From Candidatus Omnitrophota bacterium (lineage in GTDB: Bacteria > Omnitrophota > Gorgyraeia > B26-G9): a stretch of 64,000 nt of DNA. Of the stretch, positions 36,818 through 46,935 are shown piece after piece. Numbering within the stretch: position 1 is the first letter of the stretch; each line of letters opens with the position of its first letter. Position numbers and translations under genes: made by a program. The stretch lies in contig JBDRJV010000022.1 of assembly GCA_043814605.1 (NCBI GenBank), forward strand, positions 21,305-85,304, written 5' to 3'. The notes under the pieces are model-generated. The model saw nothing but the letters and a program-made list of their open reading frames with translations. It made no database searches and was not told where the DNA came from.

Positions 36818-37531
36818 TCACGGCCATTCCTTATCTTCTTCAAATCCGTACAAAGCTTTTGCGCAATCCGGACATATACCGTGTGTAAATTCTGTTTCAG
36901 AATGATCAGTAATATATCTTTCAATCTGATTCCAATAACCTTTATCATCACGGATTTTTTTGCACTTTGAACAAATCGGCAGAATTGTTCTTAAAGTCAT
37001 GACTTCTTTACGAACCTTATTAACAAGGATATTTAAAATAAAACCCAAAGCTACTGCATAACATAAAAACCCGGAAGTAGTTAAAATGGTTCTCAAAGTC
37101 GCCTTCGGACCAAAAGATAATAATATGTTGTGCAAAATAATTATTAGGGAGCCAGGCACGAGAAACTCTACAAATGGTTTACTGGTTAATACCGCCATAA
37201 CTACTATAATCACTATATTACCGGCAAAATAAATACTGTTAAACCCTTCATTTACAACCATAGTCATTGATGAAATACCGAATGCAGCCACAATATAAGC
37301 CGAACCCATTACCGCAGATACTAGTTTTTCCGGTATCTTCTCAATAATAATATAGAAAATAAAACAATAAACCATTGTAAATAAACGCACAATAAGTAAG
37401 GGCGAGCGATAATCAGGATAATAGACACAATCCCATAAATGATAACTTAACATGCCAAAAAAACCGATTAAAAGCTGTATGGCCAGGCGGGTTTTTGATT
37501 CATCAAGATTTACTTTAATTATTTTTTTCAT
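36818..37531 (-). CDS. Polytopic membrane sensor-like protein with a C-terminal 4-Cys domain, paralog A
   Basis: Same architecture: ...ICSKCKKIRDDKGYWNQIERYITDHSETEFTHGICPDCAKALYG. It is a tandem duplicate of the downstream gene. Confidence 0.5.
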   Translation of the reverse strand: MKKIIKVNLDESKTRLAIQLLIGFFGMLSYHLWDCVYYPDYRSPLLIVRLFTMVYCFIFYIIIEKIPEKLVSAVMGSAYIVAAFGISSMTMVVNEGFNSIYFAGNIVIIVVMAVLTSKPFVEFLVPGSLIIILHNILLSFGPKATLRTILTTSGFLCYAVALGFILNILVNKVRKEVMTLRTILPICSKCKKIRDDKGYWNQIERYITDHSETEFTHGICPDCAKALYGFEEDKEWP

Positions 37532-37662
37532 AATAAACTTTTCAAAAATAAAATTTTAGTCTTTAATCTGAAGTCTCTGGGCTTTGGTCCCGCCAAGATT
37601 TTTCTTGAAGTATCATACAGAAGGCTTGCCATTGCATATTTATTCGTATACACCGCGGGCAG

Positions 37663-38058
37663 CTATTTCTTAAGATTTTCTTTAATACATTTAAGCAACT
37701 CTTCTGTAGAAACTGGTTTGGATAATAAAGGATATCCAAAATAAGTATCGGCTAGGGATTTCGGATGGCCACTGTCAACAATACCACTGACAAAAATAAT
37801 CGGAATATTTTTAAGTTTAGAATCTTTTTTTACTTGGGCCGCTACCTGGGTTCCGTCCATATCGCCTAAAATAATATCCAGTAAAATTAAATCCGGCTTG
37901 TATTCCTTTAGTACTGCTAAAGCTGAAGCCCCATGCAATTCAACTCTTACTTCATACTTACCTGTATTTTCAAGGTTAAGCTTAACAAAGTCTGCAAAAT
38001 CCTGCTCATCATCAACTAATAATAACTGGATCTTCTTGGGGGGTTTTTTAGTAACCAT
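37663..38058 (-). CDS. Stand-alone response-regulator receiver domain protein (CheY-like)
   Basis: 131 aa. DD acidic pocket (LLVDDEQD), phospho-acceptor Asp in LILLDIILGDMDG, conserved Ser/Thr and Lys (LSKP). Confidence 0.85.
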   Translation of the reverse strand: MVTKKPPKKIQLLLVDDEQDFADFVKLNLENTGKYEVRVELHGASALAVLKEYKPDLILLDIILGDMDGTQVAAQVKKDSKLKNIPIIFVSGIVDSGHPKSLADTYFGYPLLSKPVSTEELLKCIKENLKK

Positions 38059-38206
38059 ACGTCACCTCCTTGTTTACTTATAACATAATATACGATTTTA
38101 TTCAACTTAGTAGTAAGTAGTAAAGATTAGGATTAATTGTTTAGCAAAAAAATGAAAATTTTCCGCTATTAAAAAATTTTTCTTCAAGCTTAATACCTAC
38201 TACTAC

Positions 38207-38590
38207 TTATCCCTTATTTGTGTTTTCCTCAATACAATTTATCAAATCAGCTATAGCTATGGGCTTCGAAAGCAATGGAAATCCGCCAAGATAATTATGC
38301 AACGAATGCTCCTGTCCTAACTTTATTATCCCGGAAATATAAACAATCGGGATGTCTTTGCCATAATCACTATTTTTTATTTCATAAGCCACTTGCGAAC
38401 CGTCCATATCTCCAATCGCAATGTCCAAGAGAATTAAATCCGGCTTAAAAACTAAAACTGCAGAAAGGGTTGATGACCCATGAATTTCACTTCTCACGGT
38501 ATACTTCCCAGTAGCTTCGAGATTAATTTTAATCATCTCACAAAAGTCCTTTTCATCATCAACAATGAGAATTTTTTTCTTTTCCGGCAT
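38207..38590 (-). CDS. Stand-alone response-regulator receiver domain protein, paralog
   Basis: 127 aa, with the same motifs (ILIVDDEKD, LILLDIAIGDMDG, LSKP). Confidence 0.85.
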   Translation of the reverse strand: MPEKKKILIVDDEKDFCEMIKINLEATGKYTVRSEIHGSSTLSAVLVFKPDLILLDIAIGDMDGSQVAYEIKNSDYGKDIPIVYISGIIKLGQEHSLHNYLGGFPLLSKPIAIADLINCIEENTNKG

Positions 38591-38622
38591 TGATTTCTCT
38601 CCTCTCCATACTTTTTTTAAAA

Positions 38623-40059
38623 TTATTTTCGTTCATAGATATCTTCAAATCGGACAATATCATCTTCCTCAATATAATCCCCGGTCTGCACTTCAATAAT
38701 TACTACTTCTTTATCAAAGGGATTAGTTATACGGTGTTTTTGTCCTTTAGCAATAAACACGCTTTCATTGGAATTTAGCGTCACGGAATCTTTTCCCGAA
38801 ACTATCTTTGCTCTGCCGGAAACAACCACCCAATGCTCACTGCGATGGTTATGCTTTTGCAAAGATAATTCCTGTTTCGGATTTACGATCACGCGTTTAA
38901 TTTTATAACCCGGGCCTATTTCAAAAACCGTATAATTCCCCCATGGCCTGTAAACAGTAGTGTGAAATTTTGTTAACGCAGATTTAGCCTGCTTTAATTT
39001 ATCCACAACAGTCTTTACATCTTGCGAACGTTCTTTATCAGAAATTAATAATGCATCCGGCGTATCAATAACAATCATATTTTCTAAGCCTACAGCCGCG
39101 ACAAAACGCTTTTCACTTTTAATGAATGAATTTTTAGTATCTACTCCATAAATATCACCGGAAAATACATTGCCGTTTTTATCTTTAGCGCAAACCTCAT
39201 GCACCATATGCCAGCAACCCACATCACACCAGCCGAAATCAGCCTTGATTACTGTACGACGCGGTGCCTTTTCCATTACCGCATAATCAATCGATGTCGC
39301 CGGGAATTTAGCAAAATCATTTTCATTAAACTCCACGCTATCTGTTTTTTGTTTTCTTTTTTTCCAAACATTTTGCGCTGTTTTCCAAACCCCGGGTGAA
39401 AAATTAGCTAAATTATCCGCAATAACTCCTGTATCAAATACAAATATCCCGCTATTCCATAAATATTTTTTGCTTTTTAAATATTTCTTGGCAACTGTTT
39501 GATTAGGTTTTTCTTTGAATTGGTCCACTTTAAAAACATTAGCTGAAATTTTTTTACCTAATTTTATATAACCGTACCCGGTTTCCGGATAAGTCGGGAT
39601 AATGCCAAAAGTCACAATATTGCCTATTGCTGCTGACATTATTCCGGTTTTAAGTAATTGCGCAAACCGCTTCTGGTTTTTAATCATATGGTCCGCAGCC
39701 AAACTAATCATAATTACATCTTCGCCAAAACGCTCCCGGGCCGCTAACACCGCTAAGGCAATCGCCGGAGCTGTATTACGGCTTAAAGGCTCAAGAATCA
39801 GCCAAGGTGAATTTTTAATCTTTAAATTGTGCCATTGTTCTTTTATGGAGAAATAAAGGTCTTTACGGGTACCAATAAGAATATTTGCCGCATTACCTTG
39901 CTGAGAACGGGAAATTTTTAAAACTCTGGCTATGGATTGCTGCAAAAGAGATTTACTGCCGAGTAAAGAATGTAATTGTTTGGGAAAATGTGACCGGCTC
40001 ATGGGCCAAAGCCGCATGCCTTCTCCACCAGCCATAATAAAATAAACGATTTTTTTCAT
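38623..40059 (-). CDS. manC: Bifunctional mannose-1-phosphate guanylyltransferase / mannose-6-phosphate isomerase (type II PMI, ManC/CpsB-like)
   Basis: N-terminal nucleotidyltransferase G-rich loop (FIMAGGEGMRLWPMSR) and a C-terminal cupin PMI domain. I placed the start at the internal Met MKKIVYF to avoid overlapping nadE. Confidence 0.85.
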   Translation of the reverse strand: MKKIVYFIMAGGEGMRLWPMSRSHFPKQLHSLLGSKSLLQQSIARVLKISRSQQGNAANILIGTRKDLYFSIKEQWHNLKIKNSPWLILEPLSRNTAPAIALAVLAARERFGEDVIMISLAADHMIKNQKRFAQLLKTGIMSAAIGNIVTFGIIPTYPETGYGYIKLGKKISANVFKVDQFKEKPNQTVAKKYLKSKKYLWNSGIFVFDTGVIADNLANFSPGVWKTAQNVWKKRKQKTDSVEFNENDFAKFPATSIDYAVMEKAPRRTVIKADFGWCDVGCWHMVHEVCAKDKNGNVFSGDIYGVDTKNSFIKSEKRFVAAVGLENMIVIDTPDALLISDKERSQDVKTVVDKLKQAKSALTKFHTTVYRPWGNYTVFEIGPGYKIKRVIVNPKQELSLQKHNHRSEHWVVVSGRAKIVSGKDSVTLNSNESVFIAKGQKHRITNPFDKEVVIIEVQTGDYIEEDDIVRFEDIYERK

Positions 40060-40087
40060 AGGCTGCCTTTCTAATATGATTGCTTTT

Positions 40088-41752
40088 TTAAAAATTTCGT
40101 TTGCAAGCAATCGGCATTCTCCATCCTGTGCCAAAAGCCTGGTCTGTAATTTTTACACCCGGGGCTAACTGCCTGCGTTTAAACTCAGCATTTTTAACTA
40201 AACGTAAAACCTTTAAAACCTTTTCTGGCTCAAAACCCGCATCAATGATTTCCTGGGCAGATTTATGCTCCTGAATACAATGAAACAGAATTTTATCCAA
40301 AACATCATAATCCGGCAAAGAATCCTGGTCTTTTTGATCCGGCCGCAATTCAGCTGAAGGAGCTTTTTTAATAATTTCCTGCGGAATGATATCTTTCCCT
40401 TTTTCTTGATTAATGTAATTCGCAATTTTATAAACTAAAGTTTTCGGGACATCCGCAATCACCGCAAACCCGCCGGACATATCTCCGTAAATAGTACAAT
40501 ACCCCACAGAAAGCTCGGATTTATTCCCGGTAGTTAATAATAAGGACTTATATTTATTCGATAAGGCCATGAGCAAATTACCGCGGATACGCGCTTGGAT
40601 ATTCTCTTCAGTTAAATCCGGCTTAACCCCCTGAAAAGATTTTTTCAAAGCCGCATCAAAAGCTTTCATTACCGGTTCTATTTTTATTACACTGGTTTTA
40701 ATGCCTAAATTATCCGCAAGCTTAAGCGAATCATCAATACTGCCCTGGCTTGAATATGGAGATGGCATTAATACTCCTAAGACATTATCCGCACCTAAAG
40801 CATCCACAGCAATCGCTGCAGTTAAAGCCGAATCAATCCCTCCGGATAAACCCAGGACAACTCTTGTAAAACCGCATTTACGCACATAATCGCGTGTCCC
40901 CAAAACCAATGCTTTATACGCTTCCGCTTCTTCTTTACACTCATGAGTAGTCTGTGTAGTATGCACGGTTACAGGAGCCGTAATCTTAGTAAAATCATAA
41001 ATCACAGTTTCCTCAACAAATCGTTTAGCCCGCGCAAGCAGATTACCTTGTTTATCAATAATACAACTGCCTCCATCAAAAACTAAATCATCATTACCAC
41101 CGATTTGATTAACATAAATAACATATGCTGCATACTGTTGCGCAATATTTTTTAACATTGATTCCCGCAGTTTCTGTTTGCTAATTGCAAACGGAGAAGA
41201 AGAAAGATTAATAATATATCCAATATTTGCTTCCTTAAATATAGCTAATGGATCCTCATGATAACCCCTGCGGTAATAACCCTGGACATGATTCCAGATA
41301 TCCTCACATATGGTTACGCCGATTTTTACTCCCTTAAGCTCAAAAAATCCCGGCTTTTTGGCTGGTTCAAAATATCTTTCCTCATCAAAAACATCATAGG
41401 CAGGCAAAAGACTTTTATGAAAAGCATTTTGGACTTTTCCTTGATTAATGAGTAAAGCAGAATTGTATAAAGGTTTCCCCTTAATTTCAGGCACAATACT
41501 TATTGTGCCCAATAAAAGGGCTGGCCCGGGGTTTATATCTTGGGAAATTTTATCTACAGCTTCCTGCGCAGACTGAATAAAACTATGGTTAAGCAGTAAA
41601 TCCCGCGGCGGATAGCCTAAAAGCGCCAGCTCGGCACTGATACACAAATCAACATTATTCGTTTGGGCATTTTTTACAGCGGCAATTATCTTTGCGCTAT
41701 TGCCTTCGATATCGCCGACAGTCATATTAAGCTGTAATAATGCAACCTTCAA
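40088..41752 (-). CDS. nadE: Glutamine-dependent NAD+ synthetase (N-terminal nitrilase/CN-hydrolase domain plus a NAD synthetase domain)
   Basis: The C-terminal domain has the PP-loop LGLSGGIDSAL. I predict a TTG start at 41752, preceded by GGAGAAAAA. The ORF track starts at 41830. Confidence 0.85.
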   Translation of the reverse strand: MKVALLQLNMTVGDIEGNSAKIIAAVKNAQTNNVDLCISAELALLGYPPRDLLLNHSFIQSAQEAVDKISQDINPGPALLLGTISIVPEIKGKPLYNSALLINQGKVQNAFHKSLLPAYDVFDEERYFEPAKKPGFFELKGVKIGVTICEDIWNHVQGYYRRGYHEDPLAIFKEANIGYIINLSSSPFAISKQKLRESMLKNIAQQYAAYVIYVNQIGGNDDLVFDGGSCIIDKQGNLLARAKRFVEETVIYDFTKITAPVTVHTTQTTHECKEEAEAYKALVLGTRDYVRKCGFTRVVLGLSGGIDSALTAAIAVDALGADNVLGVLMPSPYSSQGSIDDSLKLADNLGIKTSVIKIEPVMKAFDAALKKSFQGVKPDLTEENIQARIRGNLLMALSNKYKSLLLTTGNKSELSVGYCTIYGDMSGGFAVIADVPKTLVYKIANYINQEKGKDIIPQEIIKKAPSAELRPDQKDQDSLPDYDVLDKILFHCIQEHKSAQEIIDAGFEPEKVLKVLRLVKNAEFKRRQLAPGVKITDQAFGTGWRMPIACKRNF

Positions 41753-41941
41753 GATTTTTCTCCAATTATTGTGTAATGTGTTATGTGTCCCGCATGAAGT
41801 TAACTTTTTAAAACTTCTTCGGGATCCCAATCATTCGGGATAAAATGTAATGAAAAAACTTAACTTAAAAAATTTTATAATTAAATTTTTAATTTTACCT
41901 GTTACTTGCCGCTTGCAGCTTGTAGCTTTTTATCTATTCTA

Positions 41942-42991
41942 TCAGAAATGGCCCATTTGGCAAATTTCATCAATGATTTTATCAATATTGTAACTAAAAT
42001 CCCAATCCGGATAATGATTTTTAAATTTACGCACATCAGTTATATACCAGATATGATCACTGATACGGTTTTCATCCACATATTTATATACAGCTTTTTT
42101 TCTTAAAACTTTTTCTATTTTAGCTATCGCTTCTCGGATAGATATATTGGACTGCCTGGCTCCGCCGGTATTATAAACTTCCCCCTTACGGGGATTTTGA
42201 TGAAAATGCCAAAACATATTAACCAAATCATAACTATGAATATTATCCCGCACTTGCTTTCCTTTATAGCCAAAAATCGTATATTTAGTTCCTGTGGCAA
42301 TGCATTTAATCAAATAAGCTAAAAATCCGTGCAATTGCGTACTGCTATGCGCCGGACCGGTTAAGCACCCGCCGCGAAAAATTCCAGTATTAAGCTGAAA
42401 ATATTTTCCGTATTCCTGCACTAAAATATCTGCCGCTAGTTTTGATGCTCCGAATAAACTATGGCGGGAATTATCCACACTCATAGACTCATCAATCCCT
42501 TGATAGTATTTATGATCAGCCGGTAATTCATAACGCGTACCGGTTTCTATTAAAGGTAAGGTATTCGGATGGTCTCCATAAACTTTATTTGTCGAGGTAA
42601 AAATAAAACTCGCATTTGGGGAATAATTTCTAAAGGCCTCTAATAAAATCAAGGTTCCTTGCGCATTAATTAAAAAATCTGTTTCCGGCTCACGCACTGC
42701 CCAATCATGGCTGGGCTGGGCCGCAGCATGAATAATTGATTCAAATTCATGAATTTTAAAAATCTCTGCAATTTTTTCTTTATCACGAATATCCACATTA
42801 TAATGAATATATTTATCTTTAAAACTTTTTGCCAATTCCTGTCTTTGCCAATCCGTAGAGGCCTCAATGCCAAAGAAATACTTGCGCATATCATTATCAA
42901 CTCCGATTGCTTGATATCCACGCTCAATAAAAAATTTCACTGTCTCAGATCCAATTAATCCCGCTGAACCAGTAACAAGAATTTTTTTCAT
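41942..42991 (-). CDS. NAD-dependent epimerase/dehydratase (extended SDR, CDP-paratose-2-epimerase-like clade)
   Basis: N-terminal TGSAGLIGS, catalytic YxxxK (ASKLAADIL), and [10 protein letters not shown] near the C-terminus. Confidence 0.75.
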   Translation of the reverse strand: MKKILVTGSAGLIGSETVKFFIERGYQAIGVDNDMRKYFFGIEASTDWQRQELAKSFKDKYIHYNVDIRDKEKIAEIFKIHEFESIIHAAAQPSHDWAVREPETDFLINAQGTLILLEAFRNYSPNASFIFTSTNKVYGDHPNTLPLIETGTRYELPADHKYYQGIDESMSVDNSRHSLFGASKLAADILVQEYGKYFQLNTGIFRGGCLTGPAHSSTQLHGFLAYLIKCIATGTKYTIFGYKGKQVRDNIHSYDLVNMFWHFHQNPRKGEVYNTGGARQSNISIREAIAKIEKVLRKKAVYKYVDENRISDHIWYITDVRKFKNHYPDWDFSYNIDKIIDEICQMGHF

Positions 42992-43069
42992 ATTCCCTTT
43001 ATAAACATTAATTGTGAAATAATTATTATTTTTATATCTCCAATAATTCTAGTTAGTAATGTGATTTTA

Positions 43070-44536
43070 TCACAAAATCTTTTTTATACCAAACATTAGA
43101 TAATTTTTGAGTTCTCTGAAAGATTTAATATTTTTAAGCAACTGACAGATATATTTTAAGCGACAGTGGAAACGAATATTAGCATAATTGCGAAATTTTA
43201 TTAATTCATTTCGGCTCATATAGTTAGTATTGATCATCGGATTCGTAAAATAATCGTGTTCTAAACTTGTTTCATTAATCAAACCTTGATTTTCACATAA
43301 ATTATACAGTTCTGTTCCCTCGTAAGGAACAGCCAGATGGAATTCATTAAAATCACAACTTAAATCAATAGCTAATTTCAATGTTTTTTCCATAGCTTCT
43401 TTCTTTTCCCAGGGAAAACCAAACATATAAAAACCGTAAGTTTTAAGACCTGCCTGCTTTGCTAAATTTACCGCATTAACTGCATCCTCAACGTTTGTTC
43501 CTTTTTTAATTTTATCCAGTGTTTCTTGCGTCCCAACTTCAATTCCTAAAGCAATCAACCAGCACCCGGCTGCTTTCATTGCCTGAAACATTTCTAAACT
43601 AACCGGCTTCGTTCTAGAATTCGCCACCCAGGATATATCAAGTTTTCTTTTCTTTATCTGCGCACAAAGATCCAAAACAAACTGTTCGTTAATTGTAAAG
43701 GTATCGGCCCTAAAGAAAAAATTCCGGATATGGTATCTTTCCATACATTCATAGAGTTCATCCAACACATTATTCACAGAACGCATACGTAGTTTTTTAC
43801 CGGAAATTATAGGAGTTAAACAAAAAATACAGGATGATGGACACCCGCGTGAAACTTGAATCGTAGCTTGAATTTCCCTTGTGTCCGGCCGAATATATAA
43901 ACTATTATCCATCAAATCCCGTGCCGGAAACGGCAGGGTATCTAAATTTTCCCGAAAATCTGTGGGTTTGTTTTTAATTAACTTTTCTTTCTGCCAATAA
44001 AGAATCCCCCTTACCGAGTGTGGGGGATAATTTTCATCAACAGCTTGAATAAGTTTATCAATTATTGTCTCGGCTTCGCCAAAAATAGCATAATCCATAA
44101 ATTTAAAATTTTCATGTTTAAACACCTCAGGTTTTAAGTTAAAAAATACTGCGCCTTTGGCAATGGTAATGATATCCGGATTAAATTCTTTGGCTTTCTT
44201 AAAAGCAATTATATCCTCAAGTAAAGTTGCGTTAGTAACACTGATCACTAAAACATCCGGTGAAAATTCTTTTAACTCTTGAAAATAATCATCCCAACCT
44301 AATTTTGCCCCCATATAATCACGGATTTTACATGCTTTGCCCTGTTGTCTTAAAACAGCAGCCATATAGCCTAAATCATTACAGGCACGCAGAGTTGTTG
44401 CACTGGAATCTGAGATATTAGACTGACAACGGTCTTCTCCCCGTTGATAAACTTTCCCTGGAGGATAAACTAAAAATACTTTTTTAATATTTTTTCTCTT
44501 CATCAGTAGATAATAATAATCACCGCAATTATCCAA
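43070..44536 (-). CDS. B12-binding radical SAM protein (class B rSAM, likely a methyltransferase)
   Basis: N-terminal cobalamin-binding Rossmann region, followed by CPSSCIFC (CxxxCxxC) and the rest of the radical SAM core. Confidence 0.8.
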   Translation of the reverse strand: MDNCGDYYYLLMKRKNIKKVFLVYPPGKVYQRGEDRCQSNISDSSATTLRACNDLGYMAAVLRQQGKACKIRDYMGAKLGWDDYFQELKEFSPDVLVISVTNATLLEDIIAFKKAKEFNPDIITIAKGAVFFNLKPEVFKHENFKFMDYAIFGEAETIIDKLIQAVDENYPPHSVRGILYWQKEKLIKNKPTDFRENLDTLPFPARDLMDNSLYIRPDTREIQATIQVSRGCPSSCIFCLTPIISGKKLRMRSVNNVLDELYECMERYHIRNFFFRADTFTINEQFVLDLCAQIKKRKLDISWVANSRTKPVSLEMFQAMKAAGCWLIALGIEVGTQETLDKIKKGTNVEDAVNAVNLAKQAGLKTYGFYMFGFPWEKKEAMEKTLKLAIDLSCDFNEFHLAVPYEGTELYNLCENQGLINETSLEHDYFTNPMINTNYMSRNELIKFRNYANIRFHCRLKYICQLLKNIKSFRELKNYLMFGIKKIL

Positions 44537-45369
44537 AGCAGAACATTTAGCTGTAGTTTTTTATCATTAAAAAAAATACTGGTAGGATCTAATTGAACTT
44601 TATTTTTTAATAAATCATATAAATAACGAAAAATCCCGTAATAAACCAACGGAATAGTATATAATAGATTTTTCGTACCAAAATTTGCATACGTTCTTGC
44701 ATCTATTGTATAAAGCGTGTAACAAATTACTAAAGCAGAGGCAATAATCAAAACCATCTGGCTCAGAAATTTTAAATCATATGAATCTAATACTGGCCGA
44801 TAATCCGCGGCTTTTTTATCCAGTAAGTATGTTTCTGCATAACGTTTTGAAAACCCCAGGAATAAAGCTAATAATCCTCCGCAAATAATGATCCAATGGG
44901 ATAAGTTTTGATTGATCACTATTGATCCTGCAACAAGGCGCAGAATAAAAAAAACACCAATACACATAACATCAATAATCACAACATATTTTAGCCAAAC
45001 TGAATAAAAGATATTCAAAATAAAATAAGCCAGGATTACTATTGCGAATTTATGGTTTAAGTAAAAAGCCCCGCTTAAAGAAACTCCTAAAAGGATTAAA
45101 GCCGCTAATTTTGCAGCAGATAAAGAAATTTTATTTGATGCAATCGGACGCCGGGCTTTTTTTGGATGATGGCGATCTTTCTCGCAATCGAAAATATCAT
45201 TAATTATATAAGCACTTGATGCAGCTAAGCAAAACAAAAAAAATGCCGCAATTACCTTATAGATTGAGGGCCAATCAAATAATTTTTGCCCAAATATTAA
45301 TGGGGCCAAAATAAATAAATTTTTTACCCAATGCCTTGGCCGCATAGATTCTAGAATATATTTATTCAT
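44503..45369 (-). CDS. UbiA-family prenyltransferase, decaprenyl/polyprenyl-phosphate phosphoribosyltransferase-like
   Basis: 8-9 TM helices. The first Asp-rich motif is in YIINDIFDCEKDRHHPKKARRPIAS, and a second conserved loop lies later. Confidence 0.7.
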   Translation of the reverse strand: MNKYILESMRPRHWVKNLFILAPLIFGQKLFDWPSIYKVIAAFFLFCLAASSAYIINDIFDCEKDRHHPKKARRPIASNKISLSAAKLAALILLGVSLSGAFYLNHKFAIVILAYFILNIFYSVWLKYVVIIDVMCIGVFFILRLVAGSIVINQNLSHWIIICGGLLALFLGFSKRYAETYLLDKKAADYRPVLDSYDLKFLSQMVLIIASALVICYTLYTIDARTYANFGTKNLLYTIPLVYYGIFRYLYDLLKNKVQLDPTSIFFNDKKLQLNVLLWIIAVIIIIY

Positions 45370-45435
45370 AAAAAAAACAGAAGATTAAAACCTTATCTTT
45401 CAAAGACTGATCGTATTATGACAAAAGTGATTAGG

Positions 45436-45846
45436 CTAGCCTGACCTTGATATTAAAAATACACCGATACAAATAACCACAATTCCCAGCCAGCGCATAA
45501 ATGTAATTACTTCATTAAAAAAAACTTTTGATAAAATGGTTACAATAATATACCCCAAAGCAACGCAAGGATACGCTAAGCTTAACGGTAATTTAGAAAG
45601 TACCAGCAGCCAAACTAATGTACTCGCCGCAAAAGACAAAAAACCAATAATTATGTAAATGTTCGTGAATGCTTTAAGAAAGTAAGTTATCATACTCTCA
45701 TCTGAGACATTAAAAACTCCGACAACAACCATTCCTTTTTTCAATAAAACCTGGCCCACTGAAGCTAAAGTAATTGCGGATATTAATAAAATCAATGACG
45801 ACATCTTCTTATTCCTTTCTTTAATCGCTGTTTTTAAGATTTTCAT
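45436..45846 (-). CDS. Small 4-TM membrane protein, SMR/EamA-like (ArnE/ArnF-type lipid-linked sugar flippase subunit candidate)
   Basis: 136 aa, four hydrophobic helices. Its position directly after the UbiA-family gene fits an ArnE/ArnF role. Confidence 0.45.
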   Translation of the reverse strand: MKILKTAIKERNKKMSSLILLISAITLASVGQVLLKKGMVVVGVFNVSDESMITYFLKAFTNIYIIIGFLSFAASTLVWLLVLSKLPLSLAYPCVALGYIIVTILSKVFFNEVITFMRWLGIVVICIGVFLISRSG

Positions 45847-45900
45847 TATTTCCTTTTCTTTACATTAAAATGATGAGGAATATTATTGAGAGTAAGTTAC

Positions 45901-46935
45901 TTAAAAAAGCTTGATGTTATCTTTAAGCCAAGCATGTACATTTTTAAGCCCCACATTAACACTAGTTTCCGGAAACCAGTTTAATTCTTGTTTTATTCGC
46001 TTTATGTCTGTAATATAAACTTTTTGATCACAAATCCGGTCTTGGCCAAAACTAATGTACGGCTTGCGGCCTGTTTCTTGTTCTAATAATTTTATAAATT
46101 CAAGTAAAGATACAGAATTTTTTACTCCCCCTCCAATATTATATAATCTATATTCATATTTACTTTGAATAAATTTATCAAAAGCCAAAATTAAATTATC
46201 CACGTATAATAAATCTCGGACTTGTTTGCCATCCCCAAATATAGTGATTTTTTTTCCTAACAAATTAGCTAGCATAAACCAACTTACCCATCCCTGCTGG
46301 ACAAAACCAAATTGCCGGGGGCCATAAACACAACCTATTCTAAATATTGCTGCTTTCATCCCATAAAGTCTTGCATATCCCTGTACATACATTTCTCCGC
46401 TTAATTTACTGATGCCGTAAGGCGTATGCCCGCTTAAATCAACTGGTAATTTTTCATTTATTCCTTTAATGTTTTTAAAATCATAACGTGTTTTTAGCTT
46501 TTTTATAGGTTGAGCGCTGATATTTTTACCATACACATTATTGCTTGAACAATAAATAAATAACGGTTTGTTTTTTTTAATTTTTAAGCATTCCAGTACA
46601 TTTAAAGTGCCAAAAGCATTAATTGCAAAATCTTTTTGAGGATTATTTATCGAAGGAGAAATCCCGGGCTGTCCGGCAGCATGAATAACAACATCAACGC
46701 CGTTACCGATTGCCTTTAAAACATCTTTACTATTGCGTACATCACCTTTAACTCTGGTAATATTTTTAAATTTTCCTAAATAGTTCCAGGTATGTTCTAC
46801 TGTTTTTTTCTTTGAGCCAAATATTTTTGATCTGATTAAGCTATCTAAGATTATTACTTTTGCTTTTTTTTCAGCATAATATTGCGCACAATGTGAGCCG
46901 ATTAATCCGGCACCGCCGGTTATTAAAATTCTCAT
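45901..46935 (-). CDS. NAD-dependent epimerase/dehydratase (extended SDR), paralogous in type to the 41942 gene
   Basis: ITGGAGLIGSH, YGISKLSGEMY (YxxxK), and FGDGKQVRD. Confidence 0.8.
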   Translation of the reverse strand: MRILITGGAGLIGSHCAQYYAEKKAKVIILDSLIRSKIFGSKKKTVEHTWNYLGKFKNITRVKGDVRNSKDVLKAIGNGVDVVIHAAGQPGISPSINNPQKDFAINAFGTLNVLECLKIKKNKPLFIYCSSNNVYGKNISAQPIKKLKTRYDFKNIKGINEKLPVDLSGHTPYGISKLSGEMYVQGYARLYGMKAAIFRIGCVYGPRQFGFVQQGWVSWFMLANLLGKKITIFGDGKQVRDLLYVDNLILAFDKFIQSKYEYRLYNIGGGVKNSVSLLEFIKLLEQETGRKPYISFGQDRICDQKVYITDIKRIKQELNWFPETSVNVGLKNVHAWLKDNIKLF

